DNA of 64,000 nucleotides from Lingula anatina (Eukaryota; Animalia; Brachiopoda): assembly GCA_051362555.1 (NCBI GenBank), contig CM120640.1:18476001-18540000 (forward strand), given 5' to 3'. This document shows positions 25,327 through 40,139 of the stretch, piece after piece. The notes under the pieces were generated by a model. The model searched no databases. It saw only the letters and a program-made list of their open reading frames with translations, and was not told the DNA's origin. Position numbers and translations under genes: made by a program. The first letter of the stretch is position 1; every line of letters starts with the position of its first letter.

Positions 25327-28208
25327 CTTATATTTTCAAAGTAAAACTTGTGTCAGTGATTTTCTTTTAAAAAATCATTCAAGTCATGGCCACGTCACTA
25401 TCGCACGAACTGTATAAGCACCGCAAACCATACGATGTCAACAGTTTTTCTGAACCATCTTCCAAGTGCTCGTGCTGACAGCTGGCGACGCAGTGAAAGA
25501 TTCCGTATCTGTGGGTGAATTTATAAACCGCTGCATCAGACGCCAGTACCTGGAATATAGACGGTGGATTTGAACATGACGACATCTAATCGCTGCACTT
25601 ACCTGCGTGTCACAGCAGTGAGTGGTAAGCTTCAGGTAGAACTTGAAACTAGTGCGCATTAGCAGCTGTTGGGCTGACACATGAGACCGTTGTGTAGAGA
25701 CGTAGCGATACTGGCGTGGGCCGGCTTATCATTAACTATTCATCGTGTTAATTCATGCTCAGTTCATTTCTGTCATTGGTTTCATTACAGTTCGTGTACT
25801 GGCATCATCAAGTAACCATGATGAATATCGTTGATGTTGAATTTATTTTCACAATTCGTTGTGCCTTATCCACATGAAAAAAAGGGCAATTTTAATTACC
25901 ATTGGCGATTCCGGAATATCAAGAGAGATGGAAAATTTAGGGCATTTAATAATACTGAAGACATGAAAGTGCTTGTATCGGGATCAGTGGGTGTCGTTTC
26001 AATCCTTTTCGGGAGGGAAGGGAAGGGGCTGAATCTGTTATTTGGGAGGTAGAGAAAAGGAACTGTGCAGCTTTGCTTTAAAATGTTACCTTTTTTAAAA
26101 TGCTTTTTAAAATGTTTTTTAAATGTTATTTAAAAATTGGATTTAGGTTTCTATAAATAAAAAAAATTAATGTCATCCCCGTAGATTAAAAAAGATAAGA
26201 CACTCAGGCAGGCAAGCAGTACACTAGGATATGTATTCCATTTTCATATATCAAATACCAATACTAAGTATTTCCTTTTTATAAAAACAAAAAATGTAAG
26301 TCGGTGTTACTTCGCTAAATTCACAGTAATTTACTGTGTGTGATTGAAAACGAGTTACCTCAGAAACAAATTGCAATCAATTCTACAGTTGACCTTGTTA
26401 TGTATTCTTCATTATTTCATGTACAAGCGAACCAATATGCATGTCGTCGTTTATCAATGTTGGTTTAATGGTTATTTGATTGTGTTTAACCTTCTCATGC
26501 ATATATATTCGTCATTGAACTGGATTTTTTTGGAAAGAAACAGAAGCAAGAGGAAATAAGGAAATGAAACGTCTCAGAATGAACAAAAAAATCAATATGG
26601 TACGTCAAAGAGGGAGAATTATGATAAACAATCCAAATTATCAGCTTATTTGTGGGTACTAGCAAAAGTGTATTGACTTATTTATCTCTTAACTCCTCCT
26701 GGAGCATTTCCACATTTAAATGACCGCTAGAAAACAAAAACCTACAAACATCAGACCGCTAGAAAACAAACCTACAAAAAGGTTCTTTTCTATGCACTAA
26801 CAGATCTCGATGATTTCGTTGAATGCTACGATGGCCATAAGCTGGGGATTGGTCTCCAATCCGGCTGAAAGAGAGCGGATAAGGAAGAGCTTAGCTCTGA
26901 TTATTAATCTGCCCGTCCGCATAAACCACATTAAAACAAACATGTCAGGGTCACTTCAACCGAGTTTCTTGTTGACTGCAATGTCCATCAAATTGTTTGG
27001 TAAATTGATATGCAATTGGCCTTGCGTGCTGCATTTGACTTTTTCGACGATCTAACCATGCGACCATCATTACAGGTACCGAGTGTGGTTTGTGGATTTT
27101 GAAAGATAATACTTGCGACTCACGAAATGATATGATATGATATGTTAGAAATGATATGTTTCAGAGATTAATTTTTTTTCTTTGTGAGAGTTTTCCCTGG
27201 GGGCTTTCAGTTTTGAAATATATATATATATTTAGTAACACGTAAACCCTTTTTACCTTCGTCTCTAGTGAACACAAATGAACATTTTCGATCAAAGGGT
27301 GCCATTTGAAAGGTTTGCTGAAGAATTACAAGTAAGGTCATATCTATGAAAACTAACCTTAAAACTTGGGTTTTCACAACATAAGGTTTACCTGAAACTC
27401 ACCTTCTGTCAACAGATTATAACATGCGTGTTAAGTTCAATCAATTATTTCTGTAAAATATATACCCCTACTGAAAACTATACTGAGGTGATACATGTTA
27501 TTCCAAAACCGATGAAGATGAAACCTCATTGACACAAGTCGTATTCATCACATAACTTGCCACTGAAGAATCTTTTATGTCAAAGCGTTTAAGTGTGTGG
27601 TGATGTAGATAAAGCCCGTGGTTTTAGGTTAATTTAATCTTTTCATTTAGTAATTCTAGCAAGCAGACGGTGGAGATGGATTTAAATATAGCCCAAGGTA
27701 TCAAAATAGGGATAGTGGGAAAAATGCCAGCAAAATGAGAAAAAACAATAACAAACAACCCCATTATTTCATAAAGCAAGATGTTGAAACAGTTCACATG
27801 TATTATAAAAGAACTTTTAGAGCAAAATTTTGGTCAACTTTATAGCCATAATTGTCAGTTAAAGTACTATTCAGTGCAATATTGCGAAAGGATTTTTACA
27901 AAATAAACTTATGTATCAGACCAACGCTTATTTTATGACAGCGAACCACTATGGGTCTGAATAAGATCAAATTTTTGCTTTAGATATTAAGGTCACTTTT
28001 TGCAGTTTTGCGGTTTTATTGTACCACCGGCTGTGTGGTCTGGACTGAGTCCGATTCCCGCCGTTCCTACATCTGCGCCCATTCCTGTAGTCCACATCTG
28101 CGTCACATGCTTATGGCTGGACAGACAACAACACCGAGAAAACTAATATCCAAACTTTGATGGATGAGTGTATCTATAATCTGCCACATTTTAGGCGGCA
28201 TTGCACTG

Positions 28209-28210
<2 letters not shown>

Positions 28211-28289
<79 letters not shown>

Positions 28290-28290
28290 T
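28211..28290. repeat. Compound (AT)n(GT)n microsatellite
   Basis: Directly visible; explains the spurious YIYI/CVCV ORFs. Confidence 0.95.
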
Positions 28291-29098
28291 AGAAAGTACA
28301 AACAGCCAAGCATTATGCTTACAAGGTCAGTCAAATCCAAGGTACTTGGTACCTGATTCTGGTGTCAGTCAAATATTTGGGTACTGTTTTTGCCCTGCAA
28401 CCCCACATTAAAAATGATTAATTTCCATATTTATGCCTTACACCGAGGTCAAATAGCATCAAGGTAAAATTACAAATAACCACTCTTGGGCAGTGGCGTT
28501 TTGTAATTTGTCAAGTAACCAGATTCGTGGACATGTCTATTTCCACAATATATGTGTAGGGTATGCATGACACTTATCTGCATTTTGTGAAATTGAAGGC
28601 ACGTCGCATGTGCATTTATACAATTTTGGTTAAGTGCATCTGAACCGGCACGTTATTTGGAAAATTATCGATGGTACGGCATTTACACTTTGCCTGGACC
28701 AAATACAGTTTCATACTTGGCCATTTGGTGGGGTTTCTAGTAAACATATCTTGGGCGTTATAAATCTCCCCTCTCGCACGTCAAACTTCACAAAAAATAT
28801 ACGGGTGTTATGTATATGCTGTGAGAATAGCCCACTTTCCCGCCGGATGGAACGAATTAAGGAGGCGGCCCGACTTCACTGACCTTAGGTCTGTTATGGA
28901 TTTTAACGTTTACGCAATTAATAGTTATCCAGGGAATGCATTGTCTTGCGCTGCGTCTAGAAAAGTTAATAACATTCTATTAGACGCATAGATTTAATAC
29001 CACCATAGTTATTTGATGAAGATGGTTTTCGATTTACGGGCAAATCAACATACGCGTAAAACTGGGATGCAAGCCAGGACCCAACGTACCGGCCATAG

Positions 29099-29270
29099 CC
29101 GGTGTAACGAAACTGATGGTTCGTGTAACAGAAAGACCGCCCTCCATATAGTTATAATGGTTAGGGTAAGTCTGACCTAAATGGGTCAAAATCGAGGGCG
29201 AGGCTCACCTGTACAAATGAATGGGAAGCGGACACTCTGTTATGGGGGCCTCTCTGTCACGTTACACCGG
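29099..29270. mobile_element. Small MITE-like element
   Basis: CCGGTGTAACG ... CGTTACACCGG perfect 11-bp inverted ends, with weaker internal complementarity (taacagaaagaccgc / gcggacactctgtta). Confidence 0.55.
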
Positions 29271-32200
29271 TATCAAATGTGATTTTTTTTTCAAAAACTG
29301 CTTCAACCTTGTATTCTCGTTTTTTTTTCTAAAAACTTGCGCGTTTGTACTTTTCACGCGAATTCTCTTACGAACATTATGATATATTATCTTGGGTGTG
29401 ATACAGTTTACGACATTTTAATATTTAGAAATATCCTCCACTGAAGACAGACTGCAAAGTAATTCGATTTCCGTTACCTTCCTGTTTAGCGGTTGCACTT
29501 CAACACTGCTGGACATCTTCCATTTTATGTGAAATGACAGAGTCACTGTGGGAAACATATATAAAATAGAAATATACAGGTATGTTACAGGTATGTCAAA
29601 GATGACGTGCACTCTTCTTAAATCTCTGGAATCCTAAGCGTGCGGGTGTGTGTGTGCGCGTACATGTACATGCTATGCTATGAGACATGATTCGTGATCC
29701 GATGATCAGTCATGCGATGATCCGTGTTTAAAATAAAGTATCAATGATTCATAAGGACAACGACAAAAGAGGTCAGAAAGTGTTACGATATAAATAAATA
29801 TTTAGGTACGCACAAAGGTAAGGAAAACACGAGGTTTTCGTCCAGTGATGATGACTTAATGCGACTTGTTGGAATTAATTCACTTCAAAATATATAAATA
29901 AATAAATAAATAAACGCACTACATTAAAACACACACAAACACACACACACACGTTACCTAACCAAACAGCGAACAATACTACGTTTTCAGTTTGTCGTAA
30001 CTTTCTGTAAGAGCACCTTTAGAACTGTTTGCATTAACTGAAAAAGAAAAAGAAGAAGAAAAAAAAAACAATTTACGTGTAGATGTAACATGAAGACTAC
30101 ACAGTGGCGAGAGAAGACGATGAATGAAATTCGAAAACTTAGCTGGAAAGAGAATTTGACTTTGAAAGGTTTAAGTGAATTGTTTAATGGGTTTTGAGAA
30201 AAAAATCGAAAGTGTAATAAAAACCCGTCACTCCAATAGTACGCCTACTCCATTTGTGGATCTAACATGTCTAATATATTGATGCATCGTGACGGTCCCT
30301 GCAGACTTCTTCAACAATCAGTCAAGAAAATTGAAATGTAAGCTATCTTCTGGAAATCGCAGAATTTACCCTTTGGCATTTATTTTATACCACTCTCTTA
30401 TTGTGCTCCCTATAGTAAAGGATGACTCAATCTAAATTGAAGTGAATAACGGAGCTCTCAAATGAATTTGAGAAAAATAGACAATTAAGAAAAATATAGT
30501 GAAAGTTTGACTTAGTTCGCTATTCAGTCCCTGACATGCACGTTGTCAACTAACTTATATGGAAATATAAACATCTAACTAAAATCTATTTCAGTTGGGG
30601 ATGAGAAGCTTTTGCCTGTAGCATTATGGCATTTTAGAGCAGGCTGGGAGAGACAAAAAAAATCACACTGTCAATCTAAAAATCATGACCAAGATTCTCT
30701 TTAACAAGCACTTGTTACACGTTCTTTTCAATTAAACTTAAGCAAAAGCAATGTGTTTTGAAAGGTATTAAAGAAGAATATATTTCTTTGCAGCGGGTCT
30801 TGACTATCTGCAGTGTAAACAAGACACCCTTTGCATAACTTTGAGGTTTATCAGTTTTACATGTACATAAAACACTAAGATGCTCTTTACACGTTAGCTG
30901 CCACAGGAAACCATCGCCATGATAGTTGCATGCTGTTGAAGACCTTCACATCTAGTGTTTTTAAACATTGGAAGTGATATTTATCAGACAGAAACTCCCA
31001 ATTGTATGAGATAACAGTACTGAAAATAAAATTCAATTGAAATTAAATTGGCTCTTTATTAGGCACGTGTGAATGGCGTGTCCAATCATTCAATCTAAGT
31101 CCAGTTTTCAAGGAAAACGGCGACGCCAAACGGGCCCTACAGATGTGGTCTTTGCATTAGGATCAAATAAAAAAAAAAGTTGATTTCTGAAAACGAGCTA
31201 TGAAAAGCAAAGTCTCTGAAAACTTACCTTCTTTAAACATAGTCCGTGTAATGAATACTAAGAGCTTCCGTTGAATGAAATGAATACCTTTTGGCTGATA
31301 AATTCTGTAATGACTTGCTTAAGAGGACATTAAACGGTTGATACATCTTAAGGCCTCCAACACAGTCTGAACTTGAACGACGTTCGTGTTAAAAGGTGCA
31401 CTCAAAGGATGTTCCCAAAACGGCGTCTTTTCCCGTTCATCTAGCATGTACTACATCTCTGGTCAATATGTCCTCATTGATTGAGTATCAAACTATGTTA
31501 ACAGGCAGGGCAATGCGCATTTTGTTTTTAAACATAAACAGTGTAAATGAAAGCATTCAAGAGAATAATTTAGCAATCAATCCTTAAAAAAAGTCTCTAA
31601 TTCCATTACCGTGTCCGCTCGGCTTATTTCAGTCACGATATGCCATGGGTTTTGTATGCTGGCCGAGTTTGCACATCTCTCCCATGTGAGCACCGAGAGA
31701 AAATTGCTGAAACGGATACGTTTTTGCTTGTTTGGTGCTTCATTGGTTTGTAATGCGGGATCTGCACTGCAAACCCAATAGTATCATTACGTTTCCGTGG
31801 TATTAAGTGGGCTGTCGAGTTATTCCATATTACCCCTGTTAACCACCTGCTGTACGCATTAGAATGCCCGGGCTCCATGCCGTCCATAGTTGGCTTTCAG
31901 GCACGTTCCAAATGTTTACAACTCCTTTTTTTCACTAACAAGGAAGAAAGGTTAGTGCAAGCCTGGGAGACAGTTCAGTCGAGCGATCTGTCTCAGAGTT
32001 TTCAATTACATCTCCATTGTGTTTTGACATGGCCGAGTAGGGGGTGCGCGGATTAAATCAGTCACGAAATTTAACAGTGCGCTAGCATTTTATTTGTGAA
32101 CGAAAATCAAATTTTCCATTTCACAGCCTTCTTGACAGCCTTTTCAACCAATGTAATATCGGTAAACAGTAATGTAAGTTCGCTCCTTAGGAACAATTGT

Positions 32201-33540
32201 CCTGACTGAACCTGAATCTCTGGCTTGTTATCGTTTTAAGTTATGGTTGGCCTCATACACATGTATAAAAAAAACTGGAAAAAAGAAAGAAACCTTAATT
32301 TTGGCATCTGAAGATGAAAACACCCTTAGCTAGGCAGTGAATAGTTAAAATATTTATAAAATAAGATAAGTTAATAGAATAAACATTATTTCTTAAATAT
32401 ATGAATGTTTTTGTCACTATTTCTACACTGTGCAATCATTTACGATGCTCATTTCAGCAGCTCATTTCCTGTTCAAAGGAAAGCCATATACATATAAATG
32501 AGTAATAAAACTGTACAGTGTAATAGCTAATTCAAAATATTTGTATAAATAATAAACATATAAATGGAAATGACAGTACAACATGTATTACTAGCCTTTG
32601 AGAATGCTAGTTCTACTAGACCGCGTGTTATTAAACCTAGCATAGGATTTACATTAGTTGGGAACTTTTGTCCAAACCAAACCCTAGTGAGTTATGTTCC
32701 AGGATTTTCATCCATAAAAAACGCATGCCCTAGGACTTGCATTCCCTTTGGGTTTGTTTGGGAAAATGTCAAACGAATTTTTTGTCTTGTGTGGTCGGAT
32801 TTTGACTCTTTTCATGTTTATACAGCAAAGGTGAAATGTCTTTATAACAATAATGTAGATTATATGATTAACTGGTCCAGATTCCAAATAAAATACGTTT
32901 GAAACACAACGGTTCTAAAAAAAATAGCATTCTGGATTACGAACGGAGGCTCACAACAGACAGAAATACTAATGCATTTCGAAAATTCAAAATGGTTTGG
33001 GAAGACGCATTTTAAATAAATGGAAACAGTGAAGCATGCGTTGCGTATAATGGAAAGTTTCGAGAATGCGATACAATTTCGTTATGTACAGTGGAGTATT
33101 TCGAAACAGCGCATCGCCGCCTTTTCCTTAACTCTTGCTTTCCTAACGGATTAATCCCCATGTTTATGCTGTAGAAACACATTATCTAGGTGCAACGTGA
33201 TAAATATATTGGCAATATCAACAACTTAGACCCTCAGATTAATAGCCACCACTAGCTTTAACCATGTGGAATTTACCTCACTTCCCACCTACCCATTTTT
33301 TTTGCCTCAAAACAAGCCAATATATTTCGCCTGAATAAATATACCAGTGCTCAACCCACATCTATTAACAAGCCTGTCATCCCTAACACAGGAAATAGCC
33401 GCAACATTCATTAGGCTCAGTAAACTGTGGTGATTGCAATCTCCTTTACCCCTTGTCAGTTGCAGAAGAGATATTATACATATAGGCAATTCGAGTGCCC
33501 AAGAGAGTAAATGTCAGATTTGTCGAATCGTTGGCCCCAC

Positions 33541-33678
33541 CGAACATGCTGCTCAAGACGTTCTTTGTGTTGTTTTCCCTGCTATATTGTGCTTTTTCAA
33601 ACACACACACATATGTGTGTAAGAAAACCACAAAGTACAAAGGAAACAACACAAAGAACGTCTTCAGCAGCATGATCG
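33541..33678. repeat. Imperfect ~138-bp fold-back (inverted repeat)
   Basis: catgctgctcaagacgttctttgtgttgttttcc pairs with ggaaacaacacaaagaacgtcttcagcagcatg; CA/TG-rich centre. Confidence 0.85.
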
Positions 33679-35675
33679 AACACTTCAACAAATCTGACAT
33701 CTACATGTACTCTTAGAGTACATTGGCCACCGAACAATACAGCATCGGCGGCGAAAGGTAATCCATTTGTTTATGCAAATAAAGAAGAAATACAGACGAT
33801 GTAAATCTCAATAATGCCAGTACATGTATGAAGACCTCTTGGGCATTTCGAATTACCTGTGCCATTTTTATAACTAGTTCCTGGTGAAATATTTTAAAGG
33901 TTATCTCCTGTCACGCTTAAAATTGCACCCGTGATAGATATTCTCTTATGACACAAAGTGTTTTATTGAAAAGACGGTGATTTGGTATTTGCCTAAAATA
34001 ATATGAGTTATTTATTTTAATAAATCCCTAAACGGCGCTTATAATAGGGACCATCATTTTATATGTACGGATGCAATTTTAGGATTGAATAATCTTGAAA
34101 ATTATGGCACCATGAATAAAACTGGATTTCTTCACTGACGTCTTTCGAGATAGCCTCCAACCTTGTTGACCATCGACAAGGACATTTTCTTCATTATACT
34201 TCTGTCGGAAAAATCAAAGAGCAACAATTCATTCTAAAAAAAAACATTAAATTTTGCCAGCAAATAGCGCATCACACCTACAATCCTCACAAGGGAAAGA
34301 TTTTAAGACCAACTCAGTATTCATATCTTGGGGTGTTCAATTTGCAATAGGTATACCAGTATATACCTTTCCCAGCAAATTGTATTACTGGTGCAGCGTG
34401 ATATCACCAAGAATATTGAGGTTCAGGACTATATCAGCCGGGGATGTCAGTGCTAGGCGACCTCCCTTTTGAAAATCCAACTTGTAATTGAGTTAATATG
34501 ATACGCGGAGGGTGGGACATGCGAGTGATGGTGTTTTGCCACTAAACGCAAGAATTACCCTGAAGCTAGTTATTGAGTCAGTCTGTGTTTTCTAGATAAA
34601 TGTTTTATTAATTCAAACCAATGGGCGCACGTGTTGAGTAATTTGCTAGACAAACCTTGGCAGCGCTCCACCTTCGGCAAAATACTGAAAAACATTCTTT
34701 TTGCATTTTTTATGTCTTAAAAGAATAACAAACTGTTAAAAGGAATCAAGTAAGGGTATTGTTTTCACACCATCAAAAACAAATGAACAACGCCGCTACG
34801 TTCCTGACACTAAACGCGAGGAGTGGCCTTTAAGAGCAGCTTTCATTCCTTAACTCGTAAAATTGGTGTCTAGTCTGGAAGTATTGCAAATCGAACAGAC
34901 AAGCGCGTTTCTTTCTGACACAAATAAAAGCTATATATTTCAACTCTCTGTTTCCGATAGAAAATTTTGACCAAAAGAATCACAAATCAATTCATTAGAA
35001 TTATAAAGATGTTAGCGTTTCAAGAAGTTTTTGTTTTTAAGATTACAATACTGACAAGTTATAAGTACGTGCGCCCTGTCAAAAGAAAGCACGTTGCAAA
35101 AAAAAAAAAAAAAAAGATAACATGTAACTTTGTTAAAAATTATATACAGAAGGGACACGAGAAAAGTGATTTGCAGTTCAAAATGGATATTTGTGAGATG
35201 GGCGGAATATACAACTTCCTTTAGGGCGTGCTTATTTGAAGAGCGTTCCAGCATGAAACTCACATTAGGTGTTTAACGAGCCATTTTTATCATCATCATC
35301 AGAAAGGGGGCTAGTCGTGATTCTCTATCAATTATTAAATTCGAGATACAGTATGAACAAGTAAATTGTTTAGTTTTCTCGGGTGGATGTGGCTGTTATA
35401 CATATAAGAGAGATACATTAAGAAAATTAATATTATACTGTATGAAAATGACAGGCAAACATTCAGTGACGTGATTGTTGGCCGTTTATTGATTAATGGA
35501 AAAATGAGAGGTCAACTCGGTCTGAAATTCATGGGAGTGACCCTATAAGTTAATGTGTTTTGTCACATTTTGGGGATAATGTCAAAATAATACCCCCTTA
35601 ATGTGATAAAACATATTTAGGGAATAGCATTTTGACACTTTTACCTTAAATGTGAAAAAAAAAAAGCATTTGAAC

Positions 35676-35908
35676 CCATTCCCATAGACACCTTCGGTCT
35701 ACATAGATCGATCCAACTCTGCGGGGACTTTCGCTGAGTGCAACCAGCTTAACTGAATGCCACGCCTCTTCGTTTCCAACGCACACGTATAATGACCAGC
35801 TTTTTTCATTCCACTTTACACCAGGAGGAGGCGTGTCATTCAGTTGACTGCACTCAGCAAGAGTCCCTGAGTTGGATCGATCTACAAAGATGGGGCCTAT
35901 GGGAATGG
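35676..35908. mobile_element. ~230-bp hairpin MITE (family also at 53112-53352)
   Basis: ccattcccatag...tagatcgatccaactc.....gggact.t.gctgagtgca...aactgaatg.cacgcctc is mirrored at the right end. Confidence 0.8.
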
Positions 35909-38584
35909 TGCCTCATAGGAAAGTGTCAAAATACTTAACATTCTTTTAATTGCTTAATATTTCTACATGTACATGTTAAATCCAAAATTGAATACTAAAT
36001 CTCTTCTAAACAGAACACATTATTTCACATGTATATCAAGCTCAACAAAACATGAATGTACGCCATTAATCAACCATAACAAGGCCTGCCTGATTTAAAA
36101 GGCGTCAAAATCTTTGCAATTATTTTCATTGAAATTCGGAATGCAAAAAAAGGGACATAAACGAAACAAAGTCAATGTTTGCCTCGCTATTTGACAATGT
36201 TTTTTAGATTGTATAATTCTCATTGTTTACAGTTCGTTTCATATTTCCGACAAACGAATGGCCTCTACGACTCATTTTATAAAATGCCCACACACAACAA
36301 CAAACATCTACTCAGTAATTAATGCTTGCAGTTAGAGACTTCACATTGTCACCGTTCCATTTGAAATGTTATACACTTGATAAGCTTCTCAAAAATCATG
36401 CCATTTGCCTTTAAAATCACACTGTACCCAAACAAAAATATTGACTGACAATGGCAGATATTTTTTCCAGCGTTTCCGAGTACAGCACTAGAACCATTTG
36501 TTTTCATTGATGGGGTCAGATTCGATCTGTACCGCCGATATGGTTGAATTATAGTTCGCAGATTTCCTAAAGAAGCCTATAACAAAAGAATGTGTCGCTC
36601 CTTGAGTGACTGGGAGGGGTGGGCAGGGAGCAGTGTTCTGGGCGGCATTCACGTTGGTGTCAAACCCCAATTATAGTGGTTTTCAATTAAAACCGGAAGT
36701 TTTATTTTGCAATAAGGCAATGCCCGTCTTCACAGACCTATGGCAATAGCATGGTGCTTGCAGATCCAAGGGGTTGAGCAACTACCATGGTCATCAAGAT
36801 CGCCAAATATACAATAATATAGAATCAATGGGCCATAAGCATTGTCCAAATCGACAGCCTATTGTTCCTATCGACAAAACTGAACCAACTCACACAGGCT
36901 CTTATGCCTGAAATCTTAGCAAAGACCAGACCATGAGAAACCTTAAAAAAGGGATGACTTATAGCTTGAGAAGTCTGGTAGTAACAACAAAGAGTCTCAC
37001 GCGCTACTGGCTATTTCTGTGACAAAACATTGATATGATCTTGGTGCGGATCGCAGTTATTATTTGAAAAATATGGAGATCCAAATAATGCAGGTAATGA
37101 TTACTTTATTACTTCAAATCAGTGGTGTATTATTTGTAATGTTCTTTTGATGAATTCAATTAGAGAACTGATTCTGAAGAGATTATTCATGATTGAAATA
37201 TTTATTTCCACCTATTACTCAGAACAATAGAAAAATCACTACAGCTGCAGGTTATCTTATGGTACATGATGCAGGCCATTGCTTAAGTAAACTATTCCAT
37301 TAAATTAGGAATTTTTCATTTCCTGGCAAAAAAAAAAAAGACAAACTTGCTCCGCAGAATGCATTTGGACATCAAAGAGTTGGATAACAATACCATCAGC
37401 TACTTATTTAACAACAAAAAGTCAACTTGTCAAGAAGGATAATTGTCATTTTCCAAGAAATATGCCAGGACCGATAGCCACACAGATAAGTAGTAGGCTA
37501 CTGAGAAGCACCAATATCGATTTTTTGGCCACTATGTAGAACTTCTTACTGTTTGTGGATTTATCAAGTTATTTTTCACCATGCCTCTTGCCTTAATTAA
37601 TGGAAATTAATCAAGCTCATTGGTCAGAGAAAGTAAATATAACAAGAACGGTTTTGAGGATAATTAGTGCTATGACGAAAGAAAGGGAAATGTTGATGAT
37701 ATTTACTGATAGAAAAATTACATAATTCAAGACTTCCTGAGTGAAGTATGTGTGCAGAGACATCCATGTTGAAACCAAACAAACAAACGTATAGTAATTA
37801 TCAACAGGCACACAGTGGTTTGATAAATGCTGGCTTAAGATCCAAATAAAATATGTTCTCTATTAAAAATCTATTCGAAACAACGAAGTGAAACGCCACA
37901 TTTATGCTCAAAGTTCAACGCTGAATCAATGTCAATGTTTCAATCTAACCTATCTAACGGTGACATGTCAATGCTTTATCACATTAACTATCAACGTTGT
38001 GTGACGTTCAAATATAAACATTCACAACCTTTCCTAGATCATCGCCCTGTTTCACAAAACAAAAATGTTTTAGGCTTGCTTTGAACGGCCAAAACCGAAT
38101 GGCTTGTTGTGTAAAGCGTTTAACGATTGATTTAAAGTTCAATGTTACAGTTGAAAAAAAGAGTCTAGGTTCTCGTAGGTTTAAAACATGTAGTTTTGAA
38201 ACGAGCAGTAAACACAAGGGGTATCTAGAGGTGATATCAACTTCGAGATTAAATTGTATCAAAATTGAATTATGAAACTTCGTTGGTGTTCGTCGTTGAA
38301 AGTAAAAACCATTTTCAAAATGACCACCCACTTCCGTCGCAAGTGCAAAAATATAATTTCTTCTCTACAGACGTCGATCGACAGAAAATCATTGTGTTGA
38401 CTTCAAGACGAGTGTAATTTGCGGTGCAGAATCCAAAAAAAAAAAAAAAAATTATTTCCATGTTTAAAATAATCTTAAGGTGGTATTTCGTGGTATTTTG
38501 TGTATTTTATTTTATTTTTTTTGGTATTTTGGTATTTAGTGATACCGCTCTATCTGTGCCTATACGCGAATTTCGTGAACAACG

Positions 38585-39152
38585 AGCCTTCGTCATAACG
38601 AACCTACTGCATAGCGTACCTTCGCCATAGTGGGCCTTCATGACATTCAAAAATCAGACGCGTATAAACTTTCGTACATCCCTGGTTTCGGCGTAAACGC
38701 AGTGCTTCAAACTGTACTTCTGTTTCGTCAAACATACTCACCACTCATCACTCGCGTTGTAGATAATGGTGAAACTTTCGATGGCGTGAATCGGCGCAAA
38801 TAAGTACCAGAAAATGAGTTTTATCATAGGTAACACCTATAGTACATTACTGATTGGCAAACATTTGCTTCCAAAATTTAAAGACGGTAGCACTTTGCCT
38901 CAGTTTTACAATTTCGTGTAATTTTGCCACCGTTGCTACATGTACCGCTAATTTTGTGCCCTGTATGACGTAATTAACTAATTTCATGATAATTCTAATT
39001 TTACAAAGTGTGTTTTCTTTAAAACCATTTTATCTTTACGCTCTATCTGCATTTCTGCATTTTTCGTCATAGTGAACCTTCGTCATAGCGGATCTTTGCC
39101 ATGGCGGGTTTTCGTCATAGCGAACGTTCATCAAGGCAGACCTTCGTCATAA
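38585..39152. repeat. Two clusters of a degenerate 16-bp unit (ccttcgtcatagcgaa), probable non-autonomous element
   Basis: About 4 units at 38585-38645 and about 6 units at 39062-39152, same orientation, unique spacer between. Confidence 0.65.
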
Positions 39153-40108
39153 ACATAGAAGCACACCCCTGCACTCAATGACAATTTCATAGAGGTTATT
39201 TCTGAGACCCCCCCCTTCCAATTACAATTACCCTTATGCATTAGGAATTTATATTTTTAGCGTTCATAATGAAAAAATACACCTCACAACTCTTACAAAA
39301 ACACTTTTTTCGACTACCTAAGGTATACATGGCAAGTTGAATAAAAAAGTGTACTTTGAACTACTAATTCAGCTTTGTGCTAATAAACCATTATAATAAC
39401 CTTATCCTAAACACTTGAATAGGGGCATTTTATGGATATCTTTCCATGAATGAAAAGCTAATAAAACAACATGTAGCATGACAAATAATCAATACTAAAT
39501 TTTGCACTCGGTAACTATCTACGTGGACTTTAACAAGGCTATGACAAAAATGCTTATTTAGTACTCTTATTCAGTGTTATTAATCACAAGAATATCTGCC
39601 AATTTTTATGAAGGCTAATAAAAATAATAAAAATCGGAACCTTAAGAAATACTAATTCTAAATGTTCCCAACACTAATCACTACTCCAATTTTTAAATTA
39701 AAATTTCTAAAATATCTCCATCTGGTCCTTTTCAGCCAATGCTAACAATCGACGTGCAGGTGTCTATAGTGTGCAATTTGCATCCCCATCAATAGGGATT
39801 CTTCGCCTTTTATTCACATGAAAACAGGAAACAATCATTATTCAACACGAGTCCTTGAAAGTGAAGACGGTTATAGTGACAGATGATTTTTTTTAAAAAA
39901 TCAAGCCACGATATCTTACAGGCCAATTACGGAATAAAACCAAGGTAACAACTGTAACAAAATGACGCACATGTGCAAGTAACTGAACAATACTTGGGAA
40001 GTCTGAGGAATGCAAATAATACAAAAAAGTATGTTTACTCAGGAAATGCAGATCTGTTCAAAGATCTATGATATTTTCCAGCTCCCAGATACTGACCGGA
40101 CGCCCCCC

Positions 40109-40139
<31 letters not shown>

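Noticed and set aside
28103-28411. ORFs with YIYI/CVCV/HTHT runs
   Set aside because: Translations of a microsatellite.
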